A DNA stretch of 64,000 nt from NCBI RefSeq assembly GCF_006345805.1, contig NC_043024.1, forward strand, positions 4,154,001 through 4,218,000, given 5' to 3'. Both the position numbers and the translations under genes were made by a program. Every line of letters starts with the position of its first letter. The stretch's first letter is position 1. The notes beneath the pieces were generated by a model. That model was not told where the DNA came from. It did not search any database and saw only the letters and a program-made list of their open reading frames with translations. This document shows positions 47,989 through 58,423 of this stretch, piece by piece. The DNA comes from Octopus sinensis. Lineage: Eukaryota.

Positions 47989-48609
47989 ATTCACTCTTGC
48001 AGAAATTCTTCAAAACTGGGGGTCGATAAATTAAGTACCAGTTGTGTACTGTGGTCAAGCTAATCAACTGGTCCCCTCTCCCAAATTTCAGGCCTTGTGC
48101 CTAGAAAAAAATTAACTGATCCTCTTGTATTTTCTTTTGCCCAAAGCCCAGGAACTTTTGCAAACCCCATCGAATATGAAATCAAATTTACGAGAAGGAG
48201 TTCTCGTGTCCCACTATGCAAAGTCTTCCCTACAGATTTAGGATTGCGTTTCTTGTCTTATGATATCCAAATCATGGCACTCAGCTTACATTAGAAGGTT
48301 CGTTGCTGGCTGGAATGTCTCCAAGCGGAACACATATTGCAGATGAGCGCTTCTGTATCTCCATGAATAATTGGGCATATGTTTGACAGAAATTATGTAT
48401 CCTGGAAACAGAAGGAGAGCAGATACCCATAAGTGATTGGTAGCAGGTGTGCTGGTGGAATTGGTAGTCTTGTATGACGGGTTGTAATGGAACATTCAGC
48501 ACAACTGTAAAAGGAAGAAAATATATGACTGTGTAAGATAAATGTTTAAGAGAGAAAACGTGTGTGTGTATATATACATACATGTACATATACACCTACA
48601 AGATTGTTA

Positions 48610-48732
48610 ATTGCATATGGAATAACAGTTTACAATGTGGTGTTGCAATCATCATCATCATCATCATCATCGTTTAGATGATGATGATGATGATTGCAAC
48701 ACCACATTGTAAACTGTTATTCCATATGCAAT
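48610..48732. repeat. Near-perfect palindrome centred on an (ATC)n/(GAT)n microsatellite
   Basis: attgcatatggaataacagtttacaatgtggtgttgcaatc is exactly mirrored. Confidence 0.9.
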
Positions 48733-48764
48733 ACAAATAATCCATACTTTTCCATTTGAATGTC

Positions 48765-49586
48765 CCGCAGGAGTGGCTGTGTGGTAAGTAGCTTGTTTAC
48801 CAACCACATGGTTCCGGGTTCAGTCCCACTATGTGGCACCTTGGGTAAGTGTCTGCTACTATAGCCTCGGGCCGACCAAAGCCTTGTGAGTGAACTTGGT
48901 AGATGGAAACTGAAAGAAGCCTGTTGTGTATGTGTGTGTAGGTTTGTGTCCCCCCCACCACAATTTCACTTGACAACTGATGCTGGTGTGTTTACGTCCC
49001 CCGTAACTTAGCAGTTCAGCAAAAGAATCCGATGGAATAAGTACTAGGCTTACAAAAAATAAGTCCTGGGGTTGATTTACTTGACCAAAGGCGATGCTCC
49101 AGCATGGCCGCAGTCAAATGACTGAAACAAGTAAAAGAGTAAACACACACAACGCCCAGTCTGGGAATCTAAACCGCGATCCTCCAACCGCAAGTCCGCT
49201 GCCCTAACCACTGGACCATTGCGCCTCCACTTGCTGCAGCAAGTGATGATAGTTGTATTACTGTTGGTGACAGTGATGGTCTTAATTGGGTTGATGGACT
49301 TATTCTATCGGACTCTTTTGCCGAACCGCTAATTTACGGGGATGTAAACACACCAGCATCGGTTGTCAAGCAATGTTAGGGGGACAAACACAGACACACA
49401 AACACACACACGCATATACATATATACGACGGGCTTCTTTTCAGTTTCCGTCTACCAAATCCACTCACAAGGATTTGGTCGGCCCGAGGCTATAGTAGAA
49501 GACACTTTCCCAAGATGCCATGCAGTGGGACTGAACCCGGAACCATGTGGTTGGTAAGCAAGCTACTTACCACACAGCCACTCCTG
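48765..49586. mobile_element. Inverted pair of SINE A copies (48765-49143 +, 49277-49586 -)
   Basis: Tail-to-tail, ~130 bp apart. Confidence 0.85.
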
Positions 49587-50124
49587 TGTTTATTGAGCGA
49601 AAACACATAAAGCTCCACGATGCTCCAGCAGAGGGTGGTGGCGACCCCTGTTGTACTGTTTCGCCCCAACTTTCTCTCACTCTTTCTTCCTGTTTCTTGT
49701 CCCCCGACTTCCTACGCAACCGCCGAGCCTGGATGCACATTCATCCATCCGTCGATGTTCTCGGTGTCGGGGAGGCTGACCTGCTTTCTCTTCTGCGGGT
49801 CTTACGAATAGCAAAGGACCACGTTTCGACTTCTTCCATCTTGCGAGCTCTGGGACGAAGACCGATTCGCTCAACAGCAACAGCAGCAGCTGCCACTGTC
49901 TGATTGAGTATTTTCACGACCAACAACAACAGTACCAAATATCAGTGTATGTATAACGTACATCCATCAAATGTATGGTGTATGTCACAATGCAATCAGA
50001 ACATGGCTCTGATATGTGGATTTAAATCACGTTCTGACTTCAAATTCCGCCGAGGTCGACTTTGCCTTTCATCCTTTCGGGGTCGATAAAGTACCCGTTG
50101 TGCACAGGAGTCGATATAGTCAAC

Positions 50125-50215
50125 GGCGGAGGTAAAGAATACGTACACCACCCGTTTTCGGCGTAACAAAAACCCTAACCCTAACCACAGGGTATGCGTA
50201 TTCTTTACTTTCGCC
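50125..50215. mobile_element. 91-bp mini-MITE (GGCG TIR, internal CCCTAA)
   Basis: ~25-bp imperfect TIRs; TSD tagtcaac/taatcaac. Confidence 0.75.
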
Positions 50216-51157
50216 TAATCAACCACCCCTTTCACCGAAATTGATGGCCTTGCACCATAATTTGGCACTAATTAAGAAGAATGGTCTCGGGGCGCGTACT
50301 CGCGCTAGCTAGTCGATCCTTACTTTGTGTTTTTGTATTTCATTTACTTTGTTTTTGGGCGATCCTTCGGTATAGGTGGCTTTGTTTACATTTCTGAAGA
50401 TAACAGAAACCCTTTTCTCCCACCCCTAACCCTAACCCCCCCATATATATACAAAAAAAAAACCACTTCTTGAAATGTATTCGGTACCTATACCGAAGTA
50501 ACGCCTGTTTTTGTGTTTTATTTACTTTGTGTAAAAAAATTTATTTATTTTGTTTTATGTTTTATTTACTTTGCTAGGAAGTCGTTGTAGGATCGACTAG
50601 TCACGACTAGCTAGAGCGGATGCGCGCACCGGGGCCACTCTTCTTAAGTAGTACCCCATAATTTGAACTCAGTATTTTAAGATTTAAATATCAAATATTT
50701 AACTTAAGAAGAGTGGTCCCGGTGCGCGCACTCACGCATCCGCTCTAGCTAGTCGTGACTAGTCGACCCTACAACGACTACGTAGCAAAGTAAATAAAAC
50801 ACAAAATAAATAATTTTATTTGAAACAAAGTAAATAAAACACAAGGAACAGGCGTAACTTCGGTATAGGTACCGGATACATTTCAAGAAGTGTTTTTTTT
50901 ATATATATATATATAGGGGGTTAGGGTTTGGGGTGGGAGAAAAGGGTTTCTGTTATCTTCAGAAATGTAAACAAAGCCACCTATACCGAAGGATCGCCCC
51001 AAAACAAAGTAAATAATTTTTTTACAACAAAGTAAGGATCGACTAGCTAGCGCGAGTGCGCGCACCGGGACCACTCTTCTTAAGTAGTGCCAAATTATGG
51101 TGCAAGTCCATCAATTTCGGTGAAAGGGGTGGTTGATTAGGCGAAAGTAAAGAATAC
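50198..51157. repeat. ~960-bp imperfect palindrome (arms ~450 bp, 52-bp spacer)
   Basis: 50198-50649 is approximately the reverse complement of 50702-51157, including flank outside the MITE. Confidence 0.9.
50264..50655. mobile_element. GGCAC-MITE with a perfect 9-bp TSD CCATAATTT
   Basis: TSD at 50255-50263 and 50656-50664; inverted duplicate at 50702-51091. Confidence 0.8.
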
Positions 51158-51159
51158 TG

Positions 51160-51700
51160 GTTTTCTGGATCTACCCAAGTTAAATGTTAAAAAAAAACCC
51201 CGAGAAGAATCTAGAAAAACCAAATGGATATTACGAAGCCAATGAAATAAAAACAAAAACAAAATTCCTGCAAATTGGCTTCGAAAAAGAAGCCGAACGT
51301 GACAACCCCGTCGTAGAATTTGGATTGCCTGAAACTTACCAAGTGGGTCGTGTCGTTAATAAATTTTCTCTAGCTTCAACGATTCCGGGTAACGTGGGTT
51401 AAATGGTCCTACGAGAACCACATTCAATGATGATCGATTTCTTTTCTCCTTTATATCCCGAATCGATCGGAAATCGAAGAAACATCAAAGAATACAAAAA
51501 GGTGATCGCGAAATAAAAAGCGACAGGAATCGGCGTCAATTCTTAATTAGGAACAGTAATAAGGGTGAATACAAAAGTCAACGTGGCTTGCCTGAAACGA
51601 AATCATTTCTTCACAATTGATAAAATGGGCGTTCACCACTAAATTTTCGTCTATATTTTCGATTAGGTTGAATTGATATTTATTTCTATACGTTGAATAT
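51160..51700 (-). promoter_or_regulatory. ZNF7 upstream module, donor TTG|GTAAGT at 51339
   Basis: Homologous to 61200-61720; shares the aataagggtgaatacaaaagt motif with the ZNF4/5 modules. Confidence 0.55.
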
Positions 51701-51810
51701 TTGAAATACCGACTGGGAAAGGGGGGGGAGGGGGAGAGAGATGAGAATAATTTCAATTTAAGTTTTCTTTTACTATGTGAATATCACACTTTTTAAAGGA
51801 ATAAATAGGC

Positions 51811-52232
51811 AGATCTTTTCGGTTTAAACGGCAGTTTCTGACATAATTTCCACGTAACTAAACACTTTTAAACTTCGTATACTGGTAGGATGTGTTTATA
51901 AAACATCTTTCTCTCTTGGCTTTATTGAGAAAATTCTATAGTTTGTAAGATATTTGTTGGTTTTTTTTTTTCAATTTCTGCAATTTCAACCAATCACTGA
52001 CGTCTATTGAGGTAAAAAACAAACATTCTGTGCCGTATGAATATGTCCCTCGTTTAAGAACAAGATTGGGTTTATTTACATTTCTGAAGAAAAAAAGATA
52101 CCCTTCCCCCCACCCCTTACCCTAAACCTAAAACAGATTGAAATGCAATAGATCGATACTAGGGTCATAATTATGGGTGACAATTTCATATGACACCGCT
52201 AGAAAAAACTGCCATTCAAACCGAAAAGATCC
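51811..52232. mobile_element. GGATC-MITE
   Basis: TSD aaataggc/aaatatgc. Confidence 0.9.
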
Positions 52233-52849
52233 AAATATGCAAATACTCGTACATTACTTACAATTTTACACAAAGCGTCGGTTTTTATACGAATGATTTC
52301 TTTGTGAATCATGCCCTTAATTTATTTCATTCCCCATAAATTATACACTGAGAGAGAAAAATGTTTCTGAAACTCATAATCGCATGCTCCCATCCCTTTT
52401 CTCTACACAGCACAGTACCTTGATTTTCGACAACTATGAATGAATGCATGCATGCATGTATATATATATATATATAAAAGTTTGGATTTTATTCCCTCAA
52501 ATAATAAATATTATATATATATATATATTGTTGTATTTCGGAATGGTCATTTTGCCAGTTTAGCCAATAAAAACACACGCACTATATATTTGGTGTTATT
52601 TTGCTTCAGTGTTATTTATTTTTTACATTAATCTTAATCTTATTTCGGCCAGAGTTCTTTTGTCACACTCCTGTGACCTCATCAGTGGTCCTTTGCTTTC
52701 TTCTTTCTTATTTGTGTGTCTCTCCTTACTAACGATCAGCCATTTTGTATTTCTATTGTATTATTGGCTAAACTGGCAAAATGACCATTCCGAAAAACAA
52801 CAATATCTGTTTCAACACACGACTTCACATAAAAAATCTTGCACAACAA

Positions 52850-52884
<35 letters not shown>

Positions 52885-52886
<2 letters not shown>

Positions 52887-53400
52887 GGTAAACAGTAAAA
52901 ATAATTACAGACATGGACAAGAACATGAAACACCACAGAGACGACACAAGAACCACAGGACGGGACATTCGAAGCCCTCAGTCATCAGTCAAGAACCAGA
53001 TCATCTTAGCAATTTCGGCTGATTAATCTTGAGATTGCTCCGATATGGCCAGCCAGCCAAGGGAAATCTAAGCCAAGCGCATTAGATCCCCTGGAAGAAA
53101 GCTTCGAATGTATACAACACGAGGACGGAAAACGAACGAAGTACACGAACAAAAATACAGAATACGTGACACCAATAAGAATACAAAAACGTAAAAACAA
53201 TAACGGTAAAAATAAAAAAAAAAATAAACAACAAAACAAAACCAGGACGTGGGACAAGGGTCTTTCGACAGGACGAGTTGAGTATGGGGCTGGCTTGTGA
53301 AGTTGTGCCTAATGGCCACGGGGAGACGAACAAATACGTGTTGCTTCTGCGGCTGCTGAAAACGTAAAGAGCGCTCAACGGCGGCTAGCTGTCACGTGAG
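52885..53400 (-). mobile_element. Repeat-family fragment, probably Penelope-like; inverted partial copy at 58185-58372
   Basis: 52890-53090 is the reverse complement of 58185-58372; short duplicate of its end at 53670-53700. Confidence 0.45.
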
Positions 53401-53717
53401 AACAGAAGACAGGAGAAAGGGACAGATGAAAAGAGAGAGAAGGTGGACGAGGGAGGAGAAGAAAGAGACAGATCGAGGGGGCTGGAGGTGAGAGAGATAG
53501 AGAAACGTAGAAGGGGGGGGGGAAGATGGATGGGGGGGGGGAAGAAAGGAAGGGGAATAAGGGAGGAGAGAGAGAGAGAGAAAGAGACAGATTAAGAGTC
53601 GTATCAATGCTAGAGAAAAAATATACTTATCGTATAAGGTCAATTGTGGATACGTAGCCGCCGATTATATAGGTAAACAGTAAAAATAATTACAGACATT
53701 ATATATATATATATATA

Positions 53718-53810
53718 TACAGGGGTTGGACAAAATAATGGAAACACCTTAAATTTTCAAACAAATTTATTTGAATATGGGGTAGGACCACCTTTGGCAG
53801 TAATAATTTT
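53718..53810 (+). mobile_element. Tc1-like left terminus
   Basis: TA|CAGGGGTTGGACAAAATAATGGAAACACC; no matching right TIR seen. Confidence 0.6.
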
Positions 53811-53905
53811 ATTTTCTCCAGTCTGTGTTCACATATATGTTTATAATTTCCAAATGCTTTTCTAAAACAGTTTCTCTCAAATAAGACCAGGTTTTTAGCC
53901 TGAGT

Positions 53906-54769
53906 GTTGAGGACTCAAAATGATTAAATGTATTTCACCACAAAAAAAAATTTAGAAAAGAGACACATCAAGTGTAGGAAGAGAATATTCAATATTTTAC
54001 CAAATTTGTCACAAAAGCTATTTAAAATGTTGAGGACTCAAAATGATTAAATGTATTTCACCACAAAAAAAAATTTAGAAAAGAGACACATCAAGTGTAG
54101 GAAGAGAATATTCAATATTTTACCAAATTTGTCACAAAAGCTATTTAAAATGTTGAGGACTCAAAATGATTAAATGTATTCACCACAAAAAAAAAATTAG
54201 AAAAGAGACACATCAAGTGTAGGAAGGAAGAGAATATTCAATATTTTACCAAATTTGTCACAAAAGCTATTTAAAATGTTGAGGACTCAAAATGATTAAA
54301 TGTATTTCACAACAAAAAAAAATTTAGAAAAGAGACACATCAAGTGTAGGAAGAGAATATTCAATATTTTACCAAATTTGTCACAAAAGCTATTTAAAAT
54401 GTTGAGGACTCAAAATGATTAAATGTATTTCACCACAAAAAAAAATTTAGAAAAGAGACACATCAAGTGTAGGAAGAGAATATTCAATATTTTACCAAAT
54501 TTGTCACAAAAGCTATTTAAAATGTTGAGGACTCAAAATGATTAAATGTATTTCACCACAAAAAAAAATTTAGAAAAGAGACACATCAAGTGTAGGAAGA
54601 GAATATTCAATATTTTACCAAATTTGTCACAAAAGCTATTTAAAATGTTGAGGACTCAAAATGATTAAATGTATTTCACCACAAAAAAAAATTTAGAAAA
54701 GAGACACATCAAGTGTAGGAAGAGAATATTCAATATTTTACCAAATTTGTCACAAAAGCTATTTAAAAT
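53906..54769. repeat. Tandem satellite, 7 x 123 bp, near-identical units
   Basis: Unit starts at 53906, 54029, 54152, 54278, 54401, 54524, 54647. Confidence 0.95.
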
Positions 54770-55309
54770 TTTTCAAAGAATATTGACGTTTTCGTTTCAT
54801 ATTTTTGGTGAATTAGTGAATTATTTTACAAAACTGAATACTATTATTGTTTAATAAGTGTTGATATACTGAAACAAAAAGACAACTTATTTTTTAAATC
54901 TCTTTAATTTATAGCTAGTTTATAGATTCAATTGTTTTTTTTTCTTCGGTTATTTGTCTCTACAACACTTGGAACCTTCTGTGCCCATCTCTCACTAATT
55001 CCCTGAATATCCAACGTTTGGCAGAAACATTAGCACGCCAGGCGAAATTCTTAGCTGTATCTTGTCTGTCTTTATATTCTGTGTTCAATTTCCGCTGAGA
55101 TCATCCTTTCGGGGTCAATAAATTAAGTACTAGTTCTGTACTGGGGTCGATCTAATCGACTGGCCCCCCTCCCGCAAAAGTTCAGGCCTTGTCCCCTAGA
55201 AGAGAAAAGAATTAACTGATCCTCCTGTATTTTCTTTTGCCCAAAGCCCAGGAACTTTTGCGCACCCCATCGAATATGGTGGTAGACTTATGGTCACATT
55301 ACTAGCACT

Positions 55310-56035
55310 CGAGCCCCGTGCTAGTAGGGTGCTAAGAACACCATCCGAGCATGATCATTGCCAGAGTGGCTATCTGGCCTCCGTGCTGGTGGCATGTAAA
55401 AGACACCATTTGAGCGTGATCGTTACCAGCATCGCCTTACTGGCACCTGTGCTGGTGGCATGCGTAAAAGATTCGAGCGAGGTTGTTGCTAGTACTGCCT
55501 GACTGGCTCCGTGCCGGTGGCAAGTAAAAGCACCCACTACACTCTCGGAGTGGTTGGCGTTAGGAAGGGCATCCAGCTGTAGAAACTCTGCCAGATCAAG
55601 TTTGGAGCCTGGTGCAGCCATCTGGCTTCCCAGTCCTCAGTCATTCGTCCAACCCATGCTAGCATGGAAAGCGGACATTAATGACGATGATGATTTCTCA
55701 CGTTGTGATATCAGTGCCGATGGCACGTAAGAGAGCCATCCGAACGTGGCCGTTGCCAGCGCCGCCCCGACTGGCCTCCGTGCCAGTGGCACGTAAAATG
55801 CACCATCCGATTGTGGCCGTTGCCAGCCTCGTCTGGCACCTGTGCAGGTGGCATGTAAAAGCACCCACTACACACTTGGAGTTGTTGGCGTTAGGAAGGG
55901 CATCCAGCTGTAGAAACATTGCCAGATAAGACTGGGCCTGGTGCAGCCATCTGGTTCGCCAGCCCTCAGTCAAAATCGTCCAACCCATGCCAGCATGGAA
56001 AATGGACGTTAAATGAAGAAGATGATGATGATGAT
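55310..56035 (+). mobile_element. Two tandem SINE B copies abutting the ZNF8 stop codon
   Basis: Each ends in (GAT)n followed by ttctca. Confidence 0.85.
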
Positions 56036-56038
56036 TTC

Positions 56039-57460
56039 TCATGTCCCACTTTTCAAATTCTTACCTACAGTGTGCGTCCGTTTGTGTTTAGTCAAATGAC
56101 TGTTACATATAAAAGATTTCCCGCAGATTTCACAATAATATGGCCTTTCCCCCGTGTGCCTTCGGTTGTGCGTGTTCAAGGAGCTTTTACAAGTAAACGA
56201 ATTTCCACAGATGTCACAATGATACGGCTTTTCCCCGGTGTGTCTTTGTTTGTGTTTATTCAAACTACTTTTACTGACAAAAGATTTCTCACAGATGTCG
56301 CAATGATAAGGCTTTTCTCCAGTGTGACTACGGATGTGGGCAACAAGATTACAATTATCAAAGAAAGATTTTCCGCAGATTTCACAGTGAAACGTTTTCT
56401 CGCAATTATGAATCCGTTCGTGTCTTTTTAAATCATCATTATTAAAGTAAGATTTTCCACATATTTCACAGTGGAATTCTTTTTTCCCAACGTGAATTAT
56501 TTTGTGTCTGGTTAAATTACTGTTTGAGGAGAAATATTTCCCACAAATATCACACTGCGAGGGTTTGTCCCCTGTGTGGACCCTTTTATGAGCAACCAGT
56601 AAATAATTATTTAGGAAGGACTTGCCACAGATTTCACAGTGAAATGGTGTGTCCCCAGTGTGAACTCTCTTGTGACCAACGAGGAGAGAATTATTCAAGA
56701 ATGATCTCCCACAGACTTCACAGGTGTAACGTTTACCTTCGGTGTGTAATCTCTTGTGGACTCCGAGAGAATATATATTAGCAAATAATTTCCCACAGGT
56801 TTCACAGTGGTGAGATTTTTCCGCGCTGTGGGTCCTCTTGTGTTTCGTTAAGAAGCTCTTATAAGCATAAGACTTTCCACATATTTCACACCTGTAGGGT
56901 TTTTCACCTGTGTGGCTACGAATGTGGAGGACAAGGAGGTAATTGTAAGCGAATAATTTTCCGCATATTTGACAGGAGAATGGTTTTTCCCCGCTGTGCC
57001 TCTTTTTGTGGGCCTTTAAATAATAATATTCCACAAAAGACTTTCCACATATTTCACAGTTGTAAAGTTTTTCTTCCGTGTGAATTTCCTCGTGAGCATT
57101 CAAAGTACTTTCATCAACAAATTTTTTTCCACATATTTCACAGCGGAAAGGTTTTTCCTCAGTGTGACTACGTTTGTGGACAACAAGATGAGACTCCCGA
57201 TTCAATGATTTTCCGCTGATTTCATACCGAAGTGGTCTTTCCCCAGCGTGTAACCTTTTGTGTTTTTTTAAATTACTGCAATTTACAAAAGATTCCCCAC
57301 AAATTTCACAATTAATAGTTCTCTGTAATGAACTTTCATTATCAGATAATGGTTTCTTACCATGAGATAATGGTTCCTCAGCACCAGATGTCTGTTTAAC
57401 CGAATCTATATTCCCAGAAATATCTGTGTTAGAAGTGTCTGAGTGATTACCATCCTCCAT
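56039..57460 (-). CDS. ZNF8: C2H2 zinc-finger protein, 14 fingers plus 1 degenerate
   Basis: ATG 57460; second finger lost both Cys (YEISGKSL). Confidence 0.93.
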   Translation of the reverse strand: MEDGNHSDTSNTDISGNIDSVKQTSGAEEPLSHGKKPLSDNESSLQRTINCEICGESFVNCSNLKKHKRLHAGERPLRYEISGKSLNRESHLVVHKRSHTEEKPFRCEICGKKFVDESTLNAHEEIHTEEKLYNCEICGKSFVEYYYLKAHKKRHSGEKPFSCQICGKLFAYNYLLVLHIRSHTGEKPYRCEICGKSYAYKSFLTKHKRTHSAEKSHHCETCGKLFANIYSLGVHKRLHTEGKRYTCEVCGRSFLNNSLLVGHKRVHTGDTPFHCEICGKSFLNNYLLVAHKRVHTGDKPSQCDICGKYFSSNSNLTRHKIIHVGKKEFHCEICGKSYFNNDDLKRHERIHNCEKTFHCEICGKSFFDNCNLVAHIRSHTGEKPYHCDICEKSFVSKSSLNKHKQRHTGEKPYHCDICGNSFTCKSSLNTHNRRHTGERPYYCEICGKSFICNSHLTKHKRTHTVGKNLKSGT

Positions 57461-57863
57461 ATTAACTCTGGAGGAATTCTTGAAAACTGATGTCTGTGGA
57501 TATAATCTATTACAGTTCAATTTCTTGTCTTATGATTACCCATCTCATGGGACTTTGTTTACAGGTGGAGGAAATATACAATGTAGATTTATTTTTTGCA
57601 GAACACTCAGAATGTTTGTTTCTGGCTGGGAAACCTCCAAGTGGCACACATGTTGTGGACAAAGACACTACGTTAATAATTGCAGATAGAGTGAAAAGAA
57701 GTTAAGTAGTTTGAAGTCTTAGAGAAAGAAGGCATCCATAAATAACTGGTAGCAAGGATTCTGGTGGAATTGGTATTTTCTTATGACCCCATACACTAGC
57801 TGGCTTCCGGTATGCAGAGTTCTTGACTGGTAGCACTTGCATATGCAAGTTGTTTGCAAAACA

Positions 57864-57892
<29 letters not shown>

Positions 57893-57894
<2 letters not shown>

Positions 57895-58030
57895 CGGAGT
57901 AAACACATAAATGTGAAACAAGGTGGAAAAAAAAGTATTCAAATACCAGGGGTAGAGTAAGCAAAAACTGTCCGACGAACGGCAACGTGAAACTCAGAGT
58001 AACAGGTTTTGTTGAATTTTCTGCAGCCTA
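57893..58030. mobile_element. Penelope-like element (inverted terminal piece plus hammerhead-bearing piece)
   Basis: 57893-57960 is the reverse complement of 28258-28325; 57963-58030 matches 28184-28253. Confidence 0.55.
57968..58005 (+). ncRNA. Minimal type I hammerhead ribozyme motif (U4C variant) in a Penelope-like fragment
   Basis: CTGT / CCGACGA / ACG-GCAA-CGT / GAA / ACTC-A-GAGT-A / ACAG: stems I, II and a palindromic stem III all pair; GUA cleavage triplet. Confidence 0.6.
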
Positions 58031-58038
58031 AAATAAAG

Positions 58039-58070
<32 letters not shown>

Positions 58071-58369
58071 TGTGATCACTGTGACTGACCAGGCTATCAG
58101 ATGTTGCTACACATCGCTGGTCACAATGTGTTTCGCATTGTTTTAGCCTTCGAATGACGCCACCCCACTGGCTATATATATATATTTGGCTTAGATTTTC
58201 CTTTGGGGGCTGCCCAGATCGGAGCAATCTCAAGATTAATCAGCCGAAATTGCGAAGATGATCTGGTTCTTGACTGATGACTGAGGGCTTCGAATGTCCC
58301 GTCCTGTGGTTCTTGTGTCGTCTCTTTGGTGTTTCATGTTCTTGTCCATGTCTGTATTTATTTTTTACA

Positions 58370-58423
<54 letters not shown>

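Noticed and set aside
53906-54769. CRISPR-like regular array
   Set aside because: No unique spacers, no cas genes, eukaryotic context; it is a plain satellite
58270-58305. CTGATGA...CGAATGTC hammerhead candidate (also 52965-53000, minus strand)
   Set aside because: Stem I and II pairing not convincing and GAAA is absent
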